A stretch of 64,000 bases of DNA from a virus. The stretch covers positions 18,081 through 82,080 of the IMG/VR virus record IMGVR_UViG_3300035698_020047; one strand, given 5' to 3'. The position numbers and the translations under genes are program-made. The notes below the pieces were generated by a model. The model did not search any database. It saw nothing but the letters and a program-made list of their open reading frames with translations, and was not told the origin of the DNA. Positions 49,498 to 57,253 of the stretch are shown here, in pieces. The stretch's first letter is position 1. Every line of letters begins with the position of its first letter.

Positions 49498-50235
49498 ATG
49501 TCAGCGAAACTTTGTCAAATAATCGCCGTTGTGAACGGCCAGAAATCTCGGACTACAGCCGAGGTCACCAAGTGGCACAAGATGACTCAGAAGCCGGAGC
49601 TGTTGAAAGGTATCTCCAGGGTCTACACCCCCAAGGACGACGATGGCGACGCATACCCGCCTGAATCACAGAAGGTTCAGCTTACGGCGGAGACGGCCAT
49701 TGAGAAGGCCTCCAAGTCCTTCATCAAGCTGTTTGATGTTGTGGCTACCCAAGACGCAGCTAACTGCGAAGCCAAGGCGGACGTCAAGGTCGGAGATACG
49801 GTTGTCCTCCAGCAAGTCCCCGTAACCACATTGTTGTTCCTGGAGAAGCAGCTCCACGATATTCACAAATTCGTGGACATAATTCCGGAGCTGCCTTCGT
49901 CAGTGGACTGGAAGTATGATGTGAACAAGGGCTTCCACCAGACTGACGCGATTGTGGCCAATAAGACCAAGAAGATCCAGAAGCCGGTCGTACTGGCCCC
50001 TGCTACCAAGGAACACCCCGCACAGGTTCAGCTTGTCGGCGAAGATATTATAGTCGGGACTTGGGCCACAACCCACTTCTCTGGCGCTCTTCCTGCTGAC
50101 GAGAAGCGAGCAATGCTGAAACGCATTGTCGAATTGCAGGACGGTGTAAAATTCGCTCGCGAAGAGGCGAACGGACGCGAAGTCGTGGATGTTGAACTCG
50201 GGCAGAAGCTGTTCGATTACATCACCACTAAGTAA
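49498..50235 (+). CDS. Uncharacterised 245-aa helical/coiled-coil protein linked to the downstream ncRNA
   Basis: SD AAGGAG; C-ending codon bias like the MCP; L.QIIAV, G.SR.Y.P.DD.G...PPE, VP.T.LLFLEKQL, AT..HPAQV, FSGA, VK.ARE.AN. Confidence 0.85.
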   Translation: MSAKLCQIIAVVNGQKSRTTAEVTKWHKMTQKPELLKGISRVYTPKDDDGDAYPPESQKVQLTAETAIEKASKSFIKLFDVVATQDAANCEAKADVKVGDTVVLQQVPVTTLLFLEKQLHDIHKFVDIIPELPSSVDWKYDVNKGFHQTDAIVANKTKKIQKPVVLAPATKEHPAQVQLVGEDIIVGTWATTHFSGALPADEKRAMLKRIVELQDGVKFAREEANGREVVDVELGQKLFDYITTK

Positions 50236-50330
50236 CAACTGAATATTGATCTTATCGTGGTCGGCACCAAAGCGTGAACCGGCTACGATTAAGTAGCGCA
50301 AGTTTAGTCTTAGATTTAGATTGAACAAAG

Positions 50331-50414
50331 CACTCGTGCAGGTTCGAGTCCTGCCTCCCGCATTCTTTGTTGAACCTACTCGCGGGAGTGGCGGAATTGG
50401 CAGACGCGCAGGTG
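50331..50414 (+). ncRNA. Permuted tRNA-like domain 1 (Leu-like)
   Basis: T-arm GCAGG-TTCGAGT-CCTGC 50338-54; CTCCCGC 50355-61 pairs GCGGGAG 50382-88; TG; D-arm GCG-GAATTGGCAGA-CGC 50391-407. Confidence 0.85.
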
Positions 50415-50512
50415 GCCTAAGTTACCATCTGTGAGTAGCTGAATGAGATTGAAACTATCGCTACAGTTTCAGCAGCGATGCTGGCTGCTAAATCGAGGTC
50501 CAGGTTCCCCTA

Positions 50513-50609
50513 ACCGCTGTCAATGCCGGTTCAAATCCGGCCCCCTTCTTTCTTTAGACGTAGAATGACGAACCCCCGAAGGGGTAGCTCAACGGCAGAG
50601 CAGGGCGGT
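50513..50609 (+). ncRNA. Permuted tRNA-like domain 2
   Basis: T-arm GCCGG-TTCAAAT-CCGGC 50525-41; CCCCTTC 50542-48 pairs GAAGGGG 50578-84; TA; D-arm GCTC-AACGGCA-GAGC 50587-601; ACCGCT/GGCGGT closing stem. Confidence 0.85.
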
Positions 50610-50712
50610 CTTAAATTAAACACCTGGATTAAACGGATAAAGTTAGCAGTTCGAGACAGGCGTCGGTTAAATAACTCTTATTGAAAAATAACTAGTGAAA
50701 TAACCAACTATT

Positions 50713-50752
50713 GGCCCCGGCGGCACAGGACAGGTCTCCGGGGCTCTTTTTT
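50713..50752 (+). terminator. Intrinsic terminator
   Basis: GGCCCCGG...CCGGGGCT followed by a T-run. Confidence 0.75.
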
Positions 50753-50804
50753 ATATATTCAGAGAGGGAAACAATATTGAGGCGTCTCGTTGTATATGAC
50801 TGTT

Positions 50805-51266
50805 ATGGAAAATGATAGTCAAAAACGATGGGATGAGTACTTTCTTAAGATGACAGCACTTGTCGCAACTAAGAGCAAGGACCCTAGTACCCAAAGCGGA
50901 TGCGTGATTGTGGGACCCGACCATGAAGTCAGAAGTACTGGCTACAATGGTCTGCCACGGAATTGCACGGATGGCGTTGCTGAGCGGGATGTACGTCCAA
51001 TCAAGTATTTGTGGTACGAGCACGCCGAGCGGAATGCTGTATATAATGCTGCCAGGCACGGTGTTGCACTTGCCGGTTGTACTGCTTATATAAATTGGCA
51101 TCCTTGTGCCGACTGCGCTCGAGGTCTCATACAAGCAGGGATTGTTAGAATTGTGACATTTGAGACGCCGGAAGAGCTAAAAGAGCGTTGGGGAGATCAT
51201 ATAGTTGTCAGCAGCGAGATGCTGAGCGAGTCTGGGGTAGTCTACGTTGAATACCCTAGTTTCTGA
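50805..51266 (+). CDS. dCMP deaminase family protein
   Basis: WD.YF, SKDPST, GYNG.P, HAE.NA, PC..CA. Confidence 0.92.
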   Translation: MENDSQKRWDEYFLKMTALVATKSKDPSTQSGCVIVGPDHEVRSTGYNGLPRNCTDGVAERDVRPIKYLWYEHAERNAVYNAARHGVALAGCTAYINWHPCADCARGLIQAGIVRIVTFETPEELKERWGDHIVVSSEMLSESGVVYVEYPSF

Positions 51267-51308
51267 GAGGCTTCTGCCGAAATATAACACGGCGACAAGG
51301 AGCTGGTT

Positions 51309-51818
51309 ATGCATTGGGCTAGGAAGATTGTTGGGCGTCTTATAGACAATGCTCAATATTATACTCGTCGTGTTTGGTACCCTATAAGGTGCTGGCTTCG
51401 CCCTTATAATGTAGTCCGAATTAAGACGCTACCAAGAGGATGGACGGATCGTACTGAAATTTTGCTGCATGCGTCCTTCCAAGTCTTGGTTGATTTTGTA
51501 GAGAAGGAAGAGTCGATCGACCAGTCATCTGACCCTGATACGACGGAGGCAACATTTCTCTATAACTGGTGGACTGTTGAACGCCCGAGACGCCTTGACA
51601 TAAGCGAGTCTGTACCACTTTTTGTTGAGACTAGTACGTTTGTCAAGTGTATAGATGGTAATCGAGTTATGTATACGATGGAAGATGTCGGAGGCTCTGA
51701 GGCTGACGCAGCGAGGGAGCTAATGGCTGAAAGCCTGCGGCATGACGATGAATGGTCCGCTGAAGACGATGCTATGCTAAAACGCCTAATCGACATTCGC
51801 GGGTATTTGTGGACCTGA
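51309..51818 (+). CDS. Conserved phage hypothetical protein
   Basis: LLHA.FQ.LVDFVEKE, LY.WW, ML.RLI.IR..LWT. Confidence 0.65.
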   Translation: MHWARKIVGRLIDNAQYYTRRVWYPIRCWLRPYNVVRIKTLPRGWTDRTEILLHASFQVLVDFVEKEESIDQSSDPDTTEATFLYNWWTVERPRRLDISESVPLFVETSTFVKCIDGNRVMYTMEDVGGSEADAARELMAESLRHDDEWSAEDDAMLKRLIDIRGYLWT

Positions 51819-52721
51819 TCACAAGATACTTATTTTGTATCTTTTCAATATTGGGCCGATCGGGCTGTGGAGGGTGATTGTGTCGGACCCGGCGAACAAC
51901 AGACCCACGGGTCGCCGTTTCTTATCCACCAATAAACTTCCACTATCGCCCCCAGCACTCATGTCTGTAGTTACGATGCAGTTCTTGATTTTGTAACTTC
52001 TTTTACTGTCATACCATACGCGGAATGTTCCGCTTTTGGCTATAATTTTTCCACTAGTTAACCCGGTAGTGCGGCCGGATTTCATAACTCTCAAGCCAAC
52101 TCTGGGGAGTCTTATTTTGCGTCTTAGATGGCCGATGCGATTTATGACCCTTGAGTAAGATGTCTTAACTATAGCGATTGCAGAATCTTGATTCACGCCA
52201 TTCTTGAGTTTGGTAAAAGCGGCCAAATATCCAATCACGTTTCTGGGCCTTCGGCGTGAGTCATATGTTCCTGGCTGATATATTGGGTCGCCGACCTTGG
52301 CTTTATTTGAATTGGCAATAACGTGATTATTAGATAACAATACTATCTGCTTTTTTCTGTTCCGGCACAGTACGCCAAGAGTTCCCGCTGTGACATTGCG
52401 ATGGGATATGCTAATGCCTCCCATTATTGGCCTGGTGCGTTTTTTGGGATTTCGTCTTTTGGCACGGTGTGACGTTGTAACCCATGGTTTTGGGTACTCT
52501 GGGCGGAGTCCCGAGGCCGATATTCTACCGGTTTTACCAACTACGTCTGTTGGCAATCCATCGATTGTGTCTTCGATAATGTCGTCTGCGTCTAAACTAC
52601 TAAGTGGCTCTTTCTTTTCAACGAACACCAACACGGCTGGCTGCCCTGTTGATTTACCATTAGTCCATTTTTCACCACGGGCGATCCCAACGACGTTCTT
52701 TTTATTTATTGTAGATTTCAT
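51819..52721 (-). CDS. Trypsin-like serine protease
   Basis: GTLG, LSNNHV, QPG, D.A, K.GRTTG.T.G, GDSGS. Confidence 0.85.
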   Translation of the reverse strand: MKSTINKKNVVGIARGEKWTNGKSTGQPAVLVFVEKKEPLSSLDADDIIEDTIDGLPTDVVGKTGRISASGLRPEYPKPWVTTSHRAKRRNPKKRTRPIMGGISISHRNVTAGTLGVLCRNRKKQIVLLSNNHVIANSNKAKVGDPIYQPGTYDSRRRPRNVIGYLAAFTKLKNGVNQDSAIAIVKTSYSRVINRIGHLRRKIRLPRVGLRVMKSGRTTGLTSGKIIAKSGTFRVWYDSKRSYKIKNCIVTTDMSAGGDSGSLLVDKKRRPVGLLFAGSDTITLHSPIGPILKRYKISIL

Positions 52722-52760
52722 ATTATAAATTTGAGCAAATCTAGAATATGGAGTGTAGTA

Positions 52761-53057
52761 ATGCCTACTAAAACTTTTAAGACAATTTCTAAAAAGAGTA
52801 AGAAATCGGCCGACGATATGCATCGATATTGGGGCCGTGCCCAAAAGTCATATAAACGAGCACAATCTAGGGCTAGGCAGGGGCTTAGAGAGCCAGTTAG
52901 AGATAAGCATTCATATATGATGGCCACTACTCTACGGCAGGCTCAAGGAACTGGGTCGAAGCCGCACAAGCCGCTCGGCGGCAAAAAGAAAAAGAAGAAG
53001 GGCTCGAAGAAAGAATCTTTCGAGATGAGAATCGACCAAATACTCGAATCAATTTAA
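52761..53057 (+). CDS. Small basic protein
   Basis: SD GGAG before ATG 52761; Lys/Arg-rich. Confidence 0.55.
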   Translation: MPTKTFKTISKKSKKSADDMHRYWGRAQKSYKRAQSRARQGLREPVRDKHSYMMATTLRQAQGTGSKPHKPLGGKKKKKKGSKKESFEMRIDQILESI

Positions 53058-53225
53058 TACATCTCTAATCGGGGCTCTGTCAGAATAGAATTTCCTATTA
53101 TCCTTGCGGCCTATCTGCGCAACATTAGCAGGGTAGAGCCGCTTCTTGGCCGGGATGTTGCGTTTCTGTGCGGGCTTGCGCCGCTTGCGGCTTGGCGTTG
53201 TGGTGTGTAAGTCTGACATTCTCAT
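53049..53225 (-). CDS. 58-aa basic protein (missed by ORF track)
   Basis: MRMSDLHTTTPSRKRRK...; ATG 4 nt after a minus-strand CAAATATA. Confidence 0.5.
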   Translation of the reverse strand: MRMSDLHTTTPSRKRRKPAQKRNIPAKKRLYPANVAQIGRKDNRKFYSDRAPIRDVLN

Positions 53226-53229
53226 GTAT

Positions 53230-53245
53230 TATATTTGCAAATATA
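53230..53245. promoter_or_regulatory. Back-to-back divergent CAAATATA promoters (palindrome TATATTTGCAAATATA)
   Basis: Each half is followed after 4 nt by an ATG opening an ORF. Confidence 0.65.
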
Positions 53246-53249
53246 TAGT

Positions 53250-53927
53250 ATGTTGATATCGGAACTTTATTTGATGGAAGACTGGAATTGGAAACGCATG
53301 GCTAGAGGTGCTGCATTAGGGGCGTTAGTGTCATCTCCACTTCTGGCACTTACCCCCGGTAAAACTGCACCAAAACCTACGTCAAGGCCTGCGCCAACAT
53401 CGCAAGCAAGACAGCCCGAGTCAGCACAAGCCGAACCGGAGATAAGACCGAAGCCCGAATCGCAGCCAGCTAAATCACAGCCAAAGACGCAGCCAAAGAC
53501 GCAGCCTAAGCCACAACCAAAACCGCAATCGCAGCCCAAGCCAAATCAGCTTACTGCGAATTTTAATTTATCAGAATTTGCATCTAAGGATGGGTCAAGG
53601 ACCCCGCCGCAAGTTGTGGTCAAGTTAAAAGAATTAGCACAGAATCTGCAGGTTTTACGTGACGTTGTTGGGGTGCCAATTAGTTTAACTAGCGGTTATC
53701 GCTCGCCCGAGCATAATGCCAGAGTTGGTGGAGTGTCAAATAGCCAGCACGTGCAAGGGACTGCCGCTGATATACGAATCTCTGGAATGAAGCCAAAAGA
53801 GGTGCACGCTTTAATTGAAAAATTAATTGCCGATGGTAAGATGGCTCAGGGTGGGCTGGGCTTGTACACCAAGCAGGGTTTTGTCCATTATGATATTAGG
53901 GGAACTGCATCTAGGTGGGGTAAATGA
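53250..53927 (+). CDS. Peptidase M15A (D-Ala-D-Ala carboxypeptidase/endolysin-like)
   Basis: NF...EF, SGYRSP.HN..VGG...SQH..G.AADI, FVH.D.R; Pro/Gln/Lys linker. Confidence 0.9.
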   Translation: MLISELYLMEDWNWKRMARGAALGALVSSPLLALTPGKTAPKPTSRPAPTSQARQPESAQAEPEIRPKPESQPAKSQPKTQPKTQPKPQPKPQSQPKPNQLTANFNLSEFASKDGSRTPPQVVVKLKELAQNLQVLRDVVGVPISLTSGYRSPEHNARVGGVSNSQHVQGTAADIRISGMKPKEVHALIEKLIADGKMAQGGLGLYTKQGFVHYDIRGTASRWGK

Positions 53928-54346
53928 AGCTACAAGCACTAAGTGGTGGCATACAGGAAGCCCTAAGCCAGCAACAATTGACAGCAATAATCGATGCTGT
54001 TAACGAATATAGGACAGAATATAAATTTATGCCTGCTCTTAACCGTGTGATGCAATTGTATGGTTATACTGGCGATAAGGCAGTAATCAGGCAGGTGACG
54101 CAGGAATTTAATAGAAGGTCTGCTGCCGCGAAGGCTGCAAAAGCTGAGAGGGAATATTCCGAAGAGCCAGGATATGGTGGGAAATATGAAACCTGGCAAG
54201 CTGCTAAATCTGCAAGGCGTGAATTTGACCATGCTGTGGCGGCTTCGCCGAGGGTAGACGCTGTTGATGCTTCTGACTACATCTCAAATGCCGCTGGGGA
54301 ATTCAATGTACCCTACGACGCTGTCGCCCGTATCTTCTATGCTTAA
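53924..54346 (+). CDS. Hypothetical protein
   Basis: Coupled ORF. Confidence 0.55.
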   Translation: MKLQALSGGIQEALSQQQLTAIIDAVNEYRTEYKFMPALNRVMQLYGYTGDKAVIRQVTQEFNRRSAAAKAAKAEREYSEEPGYGGKYETWQAAKSARREFDHAVAASPRVDAVDASDYISNAAGEFNVPYDAVARIFYA

Positions 54347-54423
54347 AGGTATATCTCAATACTATTTGAGGCACAGAAGCTAAAGGGAAGGCACGGAAGA
54401 GCCTCTTCGATACTATGGAGAGC

Positions 54424-54768
54424 TTACAGCTCTAATTTTCTAGCACCGCGTTCTAGGGCTTCACTTGGCTTGAATCTTTGAGGCGGTGGAGGCGGGATTG
54501 GTGCTGGGGCGGGTATTGGGGTTGCGGAACAATTATGCAAGTCTTTTTGTTTTGCAGTAATACACCGATAACCACTCATCTCAAGTAGTGTTACTGATTT
54601 GGCTTTGCGGCTTGCCTTTGCATAATGCGATGGGACGTCGTAATCACGAGAGTTGTCGTGACGCTCTGGTGGTGTGGCATGCATATTGATGCCCTTGGCA
54701 AGCCCATTGTTGGTTTTTAAGTCGTCAGTGAGTGACTCGGCAATTTTGTCTATGTCGTCATAATTCAC
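54424..54768 (-). CDS. Hypothetical protein
   Basis: In-frame GTG 4 nt after a minus-strand CAAATATA. Confidence 0.55.
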   Translation of the reverse strand: MNYDDIDKIAESLTDDLKTNNGLAKGINMHATPPERHDNSRDYDVPSHYAKASRKAKSVTLLEMSGYRCITAKQKDLHNCSATPIPAPAPIPPPPPQRFKPSEALERGARKLEL

Positions 54769-54848
54769 ATTGTATATTTGCTGACATCGTGGCATAGTGT
54801 AACGCGAGGTGTGTATTAGAAGGTACCGCTAGCAATCAAAGGTTTTAT

Positions 54849-55106
54849 ATGGTAACTAAAAGAACGAAAGTCCCATTCGGTAAGAATGGGCGAGGAGGCT
54901 ATCGAGGGAAACGGCTTTGCGATTGCCCAAATAGCTTTTTGACATGGGTTTCGACGAAGTTATGGGACACTGACCTTCACGAATTTGCTTTTGTTTCGAA
55001 AGCAATCTTAAAGGAACGTGAAACTGAAGATTCGAGCCCTCAAGATCTCGAGCAGGCTGCAGACGAATTTCTCCGCAGTCACGGAGTAAATCCAAAGGCG
55101 TTATAA
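54849..55106 (+). CDS. DUF3820/exonuclease X C-terminal-like small protein
   Basis: PFGK....YRGK.L.D.P..FL.W. Confidence 0.65.
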   Translation: MVTKRTKVPFGKNGRGGYRGKRLCDCPNSFLTWVSTKLWDTDLHEFAFVSKAILKERETEDSSPQDLEQAADEFLRSHGVNPKAL

Positions 55107-55119
55107 CCAAATATATAAT

Positions 55120-56019
55120 ATGAAATTGCAGAATTTGCATATCGATGAGAGTCTCCAGACATTGGAAAGACTAGAAGCGAGTCTTGAAGGTAAGACATTA
55201 ATTGTTACTAGTCTTAAGGCTACGGATCCGGATCCAAAACCGCGTCACTCGCAGATAACCCATATTACAGCTGTGGCTGTAAGTGTTAATACTGGTGAAG
55301 AGCTGGGGCCGCCGTTCAATGAAGAAGCAGAATTAGAAATTGCGACGATGAATAGGCTTAAGTATGAGGACAACTTAAAAGCTAGGGATGAATGGCCGCT
55401 TGACCAGATGGCAGTGAGGGATTGGCTGAATGCTAGCGGCTACAATCTAGCTGCGGCTGAGGCTGGAAGACGGAAGCCTTCGGATTTAGAAGTTGCAATG
55501 GCTTTCCAGGATTTCTATGAGGAATACGATAACACGCAAGTTCTGATCGCGCACAATATTCCTTTCGTAATGAATCATTTGAATCATATACTACCATATC
55601 CAATGAAGGTATCGCAAGACATAGACACACTTGGCTTTGCACGTAAGTTCTTTATGCCTTTACTGCGACTAAAGATGACAAGCGGACATGACACCTCTAA
55701 TAAGATTGGCGAAAAGATGCTTGACACTAGGGGCAATCTTGACCCATCGACCCATAATCTTGGCCGTGCATTCAATGTGAGTAAGTCAAGACATCGTTCG
55801 AGCGCAGTAGAGGACGTTCGCCAATTGGCTAAAGTGTTTTATAAGATGGTGGGTTTCGTAAGGCTGCATCGCGATATGCTCGACCACCCTCACTTTAAGC
55901 AGTATGCCGCATTGCAATCCCAGTCACAGACTGAATTTGAAGATGAGCCGCCTGTTGAGCTTGAGCCGGAGGATTCTGGTTTTGAGGAGCCAGCACACAT
56001 AGACGAGCCGGTTCAATAA
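55120..56019 (+). CDS. DEDDh exonuclease-fold protein, catalytic residues degenerate
   Basis: QIT.I.A, IAHN..F, IDTL..AR, H..A..DV retained; ExoI D/E absent. Confidence 0.65.
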   Translation: MKLQNLHIDESLQTLERLEASLEGKTLIVTSLKATDPDPKPRHSQITHITAVAVSVNTGEELGPPFNEEAELEIATMNRLKYEDNLKARDEWPLDQMAVRDWLNASGYNLAAAEAGRRKPSDLEVAMAFQDFYEEYDNTQVLIAHNIPFVMNHLNHILPYPMKVSQDIDTLGFARKFFMPLLRLKMTSGHDTSNKIGEKMLDTRGNLDPSTHNLGRAFNVSKSRHRSSAVEDVRQLAKVFYKMVGFVRLHRDMLDHPHFKQYAALQSQSQTEFEDEPPVELEPEDSGFEEPAHIDEPVQ

Positions 56020-56049
56020 CGTAGATAAGGTCAGATTAGGAGCTTATTT

Positions 56050-56418
56050 ATGGAAATTCAAGGTAAGGTATGGGGTTTTACTTCAACAATATTCAAAAAG
56101 AATAATGTACAGATTAATAGGATAGAGGGTGTTAAAGGCGGATATTGCTCGAAGCACAAGCATAACCACAAATTCAATATGTTTTTCGTGGAGAAGGGGC
56201 AATTGTCTGTGAGCGTATGGAAGCACGACTATAAGCTTGTTGACGTCACTGTGGTAGATGCATTACAATCGACAGTTGTGAAGCCAGGTGAATACCACAA
56301 GTTTGAGGTTACCGGAGAAAATACCATAGCGTATGAGATTTATTGGATAGAACTTGATGATGAGGACATTGCCAGAGAAGACCATGGAGGCGTATCGGGT
56401 CAAGAAGATACCCAATAA
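56050..56418 (+). CDS. Cupin-domain protein
   Basis: K.WG, CS.H.H..K...F.V..G, PG..H.F. Confidence 0.8.
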   Translation: MEIQGKVWGFTSTIFKKNNVQINRIEGVKGGYCSKHKHNHKFNMFFVEKGQLSVSVWKHDYKLVDVTVVDALQSTVVKPGEYHKFEVTGENTIAYEIYWIELDDEDIAREDHGGVSGQEDTQ

Positions 56419-57253
56419 TATAAAATTTGTATTTGATGAGGCTTTCGCAGCCAAGGGGGCTAAAAATAAGTTTAATGAGTTTAATCCCAATCTTCCTGGG
56501 ACTTATGGCCCCAAGTTATTACTGCCCCGCGATCAAGAGCGGGAGCTCTTCCTGAAATTTAATTATGCCAAATATCGTGCGTCGGGGATTGTCAATCACA
56601 GATCGGTTAAACGGTGGCTTACAAAAGCGTCATATTATAAAGATGTAATTGCATATCATAATCTAAAGCTTGCTTATAGTATGGTAATTAAATTATGTAA
56701 GTATGGTAATTCAGAAGAGCTAGAAGGTGCGGCTCTATTTGGCCTGTGTAAAGCCATTGATGGATTTGATGCTGGACGTGGCAATAAGTTTTCGACCTAT
56801 GCAACTTGGGCAATTAGGACGCACGTTTGGAGACACAAGCAGAAAGTAGCTAAACACGCCCATGAAGATTTAGAGTATCAATATGGCGTTAGCGATCCGA
56901 GATCTAAGAATGATACTTATACGGCGGATGCGGCAGTAGATGTTGCGGCCCTACTAGACAATAGTGGTTTGACATCTACTGAACGGTTTGTCATTGCTTC
57001 AAGGTTTGGCTTGGGGTCACTCAAGCCAGCTACATATTTGCAATTGGGTGTTGCACTTGGTGTATCTAAAACATACATACAGCATATTTTGAGCCAAGCT
57101 TTGAGAAAGATAAATATCTCATATGACAGAGAGCAAAAAACCCAAATCAGAATTGACCAAGCCAAAGCCAAAGGCAAAGCCAAAACCCAAGCAAAAGGCC
57201 AAGCCAAAACCCAAGCCAAAAACAAGCGGGCATTCGCAAACTACGCCAGATAA
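56384..57253 (+). CDS. Sigma-70 family RNA polymerase sigma factor
   Basis: LL...QE.ELF...NY.KY, NL.L, GL..AID.FD..RG.KFSTYATWAI, ER.VI..RFGL, T...LG..LGVSK. Confidence 0.85.
   Translation: MEAYRVKKIPNNIKFVFDEAFAAKGAKNKFNEFNPNLPGTYGPKLLLPRDQERELFLKFNYAKYRASGIVNHRSVKRWLTKASYYKDVIAYHNLKLAYSMVIKLCKYGNSEELEGAALFGLCKAIDGFDAGRGNKFSTYATWAIRTHVWRHKQKVAKHAHEDLEYQYGVSDPRSKNDTYTADAAVDVAALLDNSGLTSTERFVIASRFGLGSLKPATYLQLGVALGVSKTYIQHILSQALRKINISYDREQKTQIRIDQAKAKGKAKTQAKGQAKTQAKNKRAFANYAR

Larger units (their letters stand above)
50250..50752 (+). ncRNA. Structured ncRNA with two circularly permuted tRNA-like domains
   Basis: No + strand ORF; two T-arm/acceptor/D-arm modules in permuted order on nested helices; terminator at end. 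Confidence 0.8.

Noticed and set aside
49900-50328. Minus-strand 142-aa ORF overlapping the ncRNA
   Set aside because: Antisense shadow of the 245-aa gene; its NLNLRLNL start merely reflects the RNA's 6-nt periodicity
50382-50548. A conventional or intron-containing tRNA formed from the 5' half at 50382 and the T-arm at 50525
   Set aside because: GCGGGAG does not pair with CCCCTTC; each 5' acceptor strand pairs perfectly only with the strand upstream of it
50331-50609. Two-piece (permuted) tmRNA
   Set aside because: No G3-U70 alanine identity, full D-stems present, no CCA and no evident tag reading frame
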